Below, piece by piece: positions 17,711 to 19,661 of a stretch of 19,661 nucleotides of DNA. A program made the position numbers and the translations under genes. Source of the stretch: a virus (lineage: Duplodnaviria > Heunggongvirae > Uroviricota > Caudoviricetes); IMG/VR virus record IMGVR_UViG_3300014631_000001, positions 1 to 19,661 of that record; one strand, 5' to 3'. The first letter of the stretch is position 1. Every line of letters begins with the position of its first letter. The notes below the pieces were generated by a model. The model had not been told where the DNA came from. It worked only from the letters and a program-made list of their open reading frames with translations, and searched no databases.

Positions 17711-17761
17711 GGCGTCTCTCTGGGTATGGAGACGCCCGTTTCCCTTACGGGCTGTAAGGGA
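17711..17761. terminator. Twin GC-rich hairpins after the spanins (possible terminator or processing site)
   Basis: GGCGTCTC/GAGACGCC (17711-17736) and TCCCTTAC/GTAAGGGA (17741-17761), both perfect 8-bp stems; no clear U-tract. Confidence 0.45.
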
Positions 17762-17789
17762 CTATTCAATGTTTGGTTGAGTTTTGTGG

Positions 17790-17818
17790 TTGCAAAATAG
17801 TTCGCTATTGCGTAGATT
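17790..17818 (+). promoter_or_regulatory. Putative sigma70 promoter of the two-gene cassette, with a palindrome in the spacer
   Basis: TTGCAA (17790-95)-N17-TAGATT (17813-18); AATAG-TTCG-CTATT inverted repeat at 17796-17809. Confidence 0.55.
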
Positions 17819-17940
17819 TGTTAGACAGTTGACGAATGCGTCAACCCAATTTCAATATCTACGAAGCATTCTCGTAGCTTCTAAATCCCCAGATTGGGGG
17901 TCGCCGAACACGCTGCATAGCACTCGGCTAAGGTGGAAAC

Positions 17941-18336
17941 ATGCACGACGTACTGAACGAAAAACGTTCTATTCAGACAATTCGTGATCATACCAGTATT
18001 ATTGCCACGCACGCCTTTCAGCAACATTTGCTTCAGGTGCGTACACTGGACAATGAAGGCATGGTTGCGCCTGAAGACTTTCACTTCATCGTCACCTTCA
18101 AGGATGACGTGGACAATGCTGATGCTACGGTTAAGCCGTTGGCAGAAGCCGTCCTGCTCGGTGATCGCGTCCGTTTCATTGTTAAGCCTGCTAAACAGTA
18201 CCCTGAGATGGCCAAATCAATGGCTGATCTCGTTGAGGTTATTGAACATTCTATTCGTCGTTTCTTTGATACTAATGGTAGAATCATGAGCACTAGAAAA
18301 GCTAATGGTTCTGCTGAGAAATGGCTCCTACACTAA
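17941..18336 (+). CDS. Hypothetical protein (131 aa), first gene of a two-gene cassette
   Basis: AAGGTGG SD, soluble protein-like composition, and a stop that overlaps the next gene by 16 nt; no family recognised. Confidence 0.75.
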   Translation: MHDVLNEKRSIQTIRDHTSIIATHAFQQHLLQVRTLDNEGMVAPEDFHFIVTFKDDVDNADATVKPLAEAVLLGDRVRFIVKPAKQYPEMAKSMADLVEVIEHSIRRFFDTNGRIMSTRKANGSAEKWLLH

Positions 18337-19064
18337 TAGAATCCTACAAAAAAGATTTGAGCGAGTGGCCTCACAAAGGGGACACTCGCTTTGTTCGTTT
18401 CGGCTTCATCCTTGCCTCTAGGTCACTTTTCAAAATTTCAGAGCACGAAATCATCGAACCAGATGATGATGTAGTTCGCTACGTTCTCATTGAGCGTGTA
18501 GGTGCGAACATTCCCGATGTCGAACTGGGCAACATGATTTTGGACTACGAAGATGACGGGCTGAATGAGCAGAACATTATTCAGGAACTTCTCCGGTCCG
18601 GCGTCGTTGATGAGACTAAGAACGTCACGGCTGGGCGGGTTGGGCTTCGTAACTATAGCTTCGTTGACGATGGCCAAGACATAGATTGTTTTCAAGTCGC
18701 TGGGGCTTTTATCCAGCCCACAAATCATCGTAAAGGCATCATGAGCAGGACTTATATTTTCATGCTGAATTGGTATGAACATTTGGTTTGTGACGATATG
18801 CAGACGATACCTGGTGCGCGCATTTGGGCTGGCCCGATGATTCGAGCTGGTGAAGTACGAATCTACAATGAGAATGGCGGTTCATTTGAAGATGTGCTCG
18901 GTGAGAAAGGCACCGGTAAGCATACCGGCTTCCTACCCTGGAACAAAGGTCGCTTGTTTGATACCTCACCTTGGAACCCTAATCAGCTCCAAACTACAGT
19001 GCAAAAATTTATCGTGCTGATTATATCCCGAGGAACCTGCGTCAGAATTGGCTTTATCCCCTAA
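18321..19064 (+). CDS. GNAT-like (acyltransferase fold) protein, 247 aa
   Basis: VAGAFIQPTNHRKGIMSRTY resembles GNAT motif A (beta4-alpha3 acetyl-CoA loop) and LVCDDMQTIPGARIW resembles motif B. The ORF itself is well supported; the fold call is pattern-based. Confidence 0.6.
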   Translation: MAPTLIESYKKDLSEWPHKGDTRFVRFGFILASRSLFKISEHEIIEPDDDVVRYVLIERVGANIPDVELGNMILDYEDDGLNEQNIIQELLRSGVVDETKNVTAGRVGLRNYSFVDDGQDIDCFQVAGAFIQPTNHRKGIMSRTYIFMLNWYEHLVCDDMQTIPGARIWAGPMIRAGEVRIYNENGGSFEDVLGEKGTGKHTGFLPWNKGRLFDTSPWNPNQLQTTVQKFIVLIISRGTCVRIGFIP

Positions 19065-19080
19065 GCCTTGAACATTTCCT

Positions 19081-19103
19081 AACCCGCTTCGGCGGGTTTT
19101 TTT
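19081..19103 (+). terminator. Rho-independent terminator closing the two-gene cassette
   Basis: AACCCGC-TTCG-GCGGGTT stem-loop followed by a T run. Confidence 0.88.
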
Positions 19104-19139
19104 ATTCCTAAAATTCAGCTCATTGCTTACAAACTGGTC

Positions 19140-19198
19140 TTTACACCGTGGCCGTCCCGCATTAGTCTAATAGGCACATAAGAAAACAACTTGTTTTC
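19140..19198 (+). promoter_or_regulatory. Putative parA promoter and operator
   Basis: TTTACA (19140-45)-N17-TAGTCT (19163-68); perfect inverted repeat GAAAACAA-C-TTGTTTTC at 19182-19198. Confidence 0.6.
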
Positions 19199-19233
19199 AC
19201 GTGATTATTATTTCGCACAACAAGGAAATAACA

Positions 19234-19661
19234 ATGGCTAAGATCATTGTGATTGGCGGCACCAAAGGTGGCCCCGGAAAATCTACGGTTGCGCAGCAGG
19301 TAGCCGGTGCGCTGGTTCTTAAAAAGCAGAAGAAATGTCACCTGACCGACATCGATGGGCAGATGACGACCGCAGGCTGGGCTGAAGAACGTCGCGAAAA
19401 CGAAGACTTGGCACTTATTCCATTTGAGTTCGTGGATCATGACGTGGTTAAGCACATCAACGCGGTCAGCCAGCGCCACGACTTCGTGGTTATTGATGCA
19501 GGTGGCTTCGACTCCGAAATACAGCGTCAGGCTATGCAGATGGCCGACATCATCCTTCTTCCGTTCCGCCCGAAGCGCCGTGACATTAAATCACTGCGTA
19601 ATCTCGATCCGGTTTTGGATAACGTGCGTAATACCAACCACAAGGTTCGAATCATTGGGGT
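19234..19661 (+). CDS. parA: ParA-family partition ATPase (short type without N-terminal HTH); 3'-truncated by the window edge
   Basis: Read directly from the sequence (absent from the ORF track because it has no stop in the window): MAKIIVIGGTKGGPGKSTVAQQ (deviant Walker A), LTDIDGQ (A'), DFVVIDAGG (Walker B), ADIILLPFRP; AAGGA SD. Confidence 0.93.
   Translation, partial: MAKIIVIGGTKGGPGKSTVAQQVAGALVLKKQKKCHLTDIDGQMTTAGWAEERRENEDLALIPFEFVDHDVVKHINAVSQRHDFVVIDAGGFDSEIQRQAMQMADIILLPFRPKRRDIKSLRNLDPVLDNVRNTNHKVRIIG

Noticed and set aside
17784-18293. ORFs 17784..17987, 17881..18084, 17984..18289 and 18081..18293
   Set aside because: They overlap the better-supported 17941..18336 gene and its promoter, and lack SDs or protein-like features.
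19162-19479. Minus-strand 105-aa ORF
   Set aside because: Antisense shadow of parA, which the ORF track missed because it runs off the window.
1-19661. CRISPR arrays, tRNA/rRNA genes, IS elements
   Set aside because: No spaced direct-repeat array, cloverleaf, rRNA signature, transposase or terminal inverted repeats seen.

Overview
A co-directional (+ strand) late region of a lambda-like siphovirus tail operon, most likely from an enterobacterial phage-plasmid (a parA ATPase gene follows the lysis cassette; SSU5/pHCM2-like is an inference). Order: end of the pre-tape-measure chaperone, tape measure protein, lambda M/L/K/I/J-like tail tip genes, a long side tail fibre with a C-terminal intramolecular chaperone, a T-even gp38-like adhesin, putative holin, endolysin, i-/o-spanins, a self-contained two-gene cassette (unknown protein plus GNAT-like protein), and the 5' part of parA. 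The strongest unexplained signals are: (1) GGA-loop hairpins of CsrA/RsmA type at the leaders of the tape measure, L, J and holin genes; (2) the two-gene GNAT-like cassette with its own promoter, palindrome, folded leader and terminator; (3) a palindrome plus 13-mer shared by the tail fibre and lysis leaders; (4) a gp38-like adhesin lacking the polyglycine domain. All protein calls come from motif recognition and synteny; no database search or folding computation was run.
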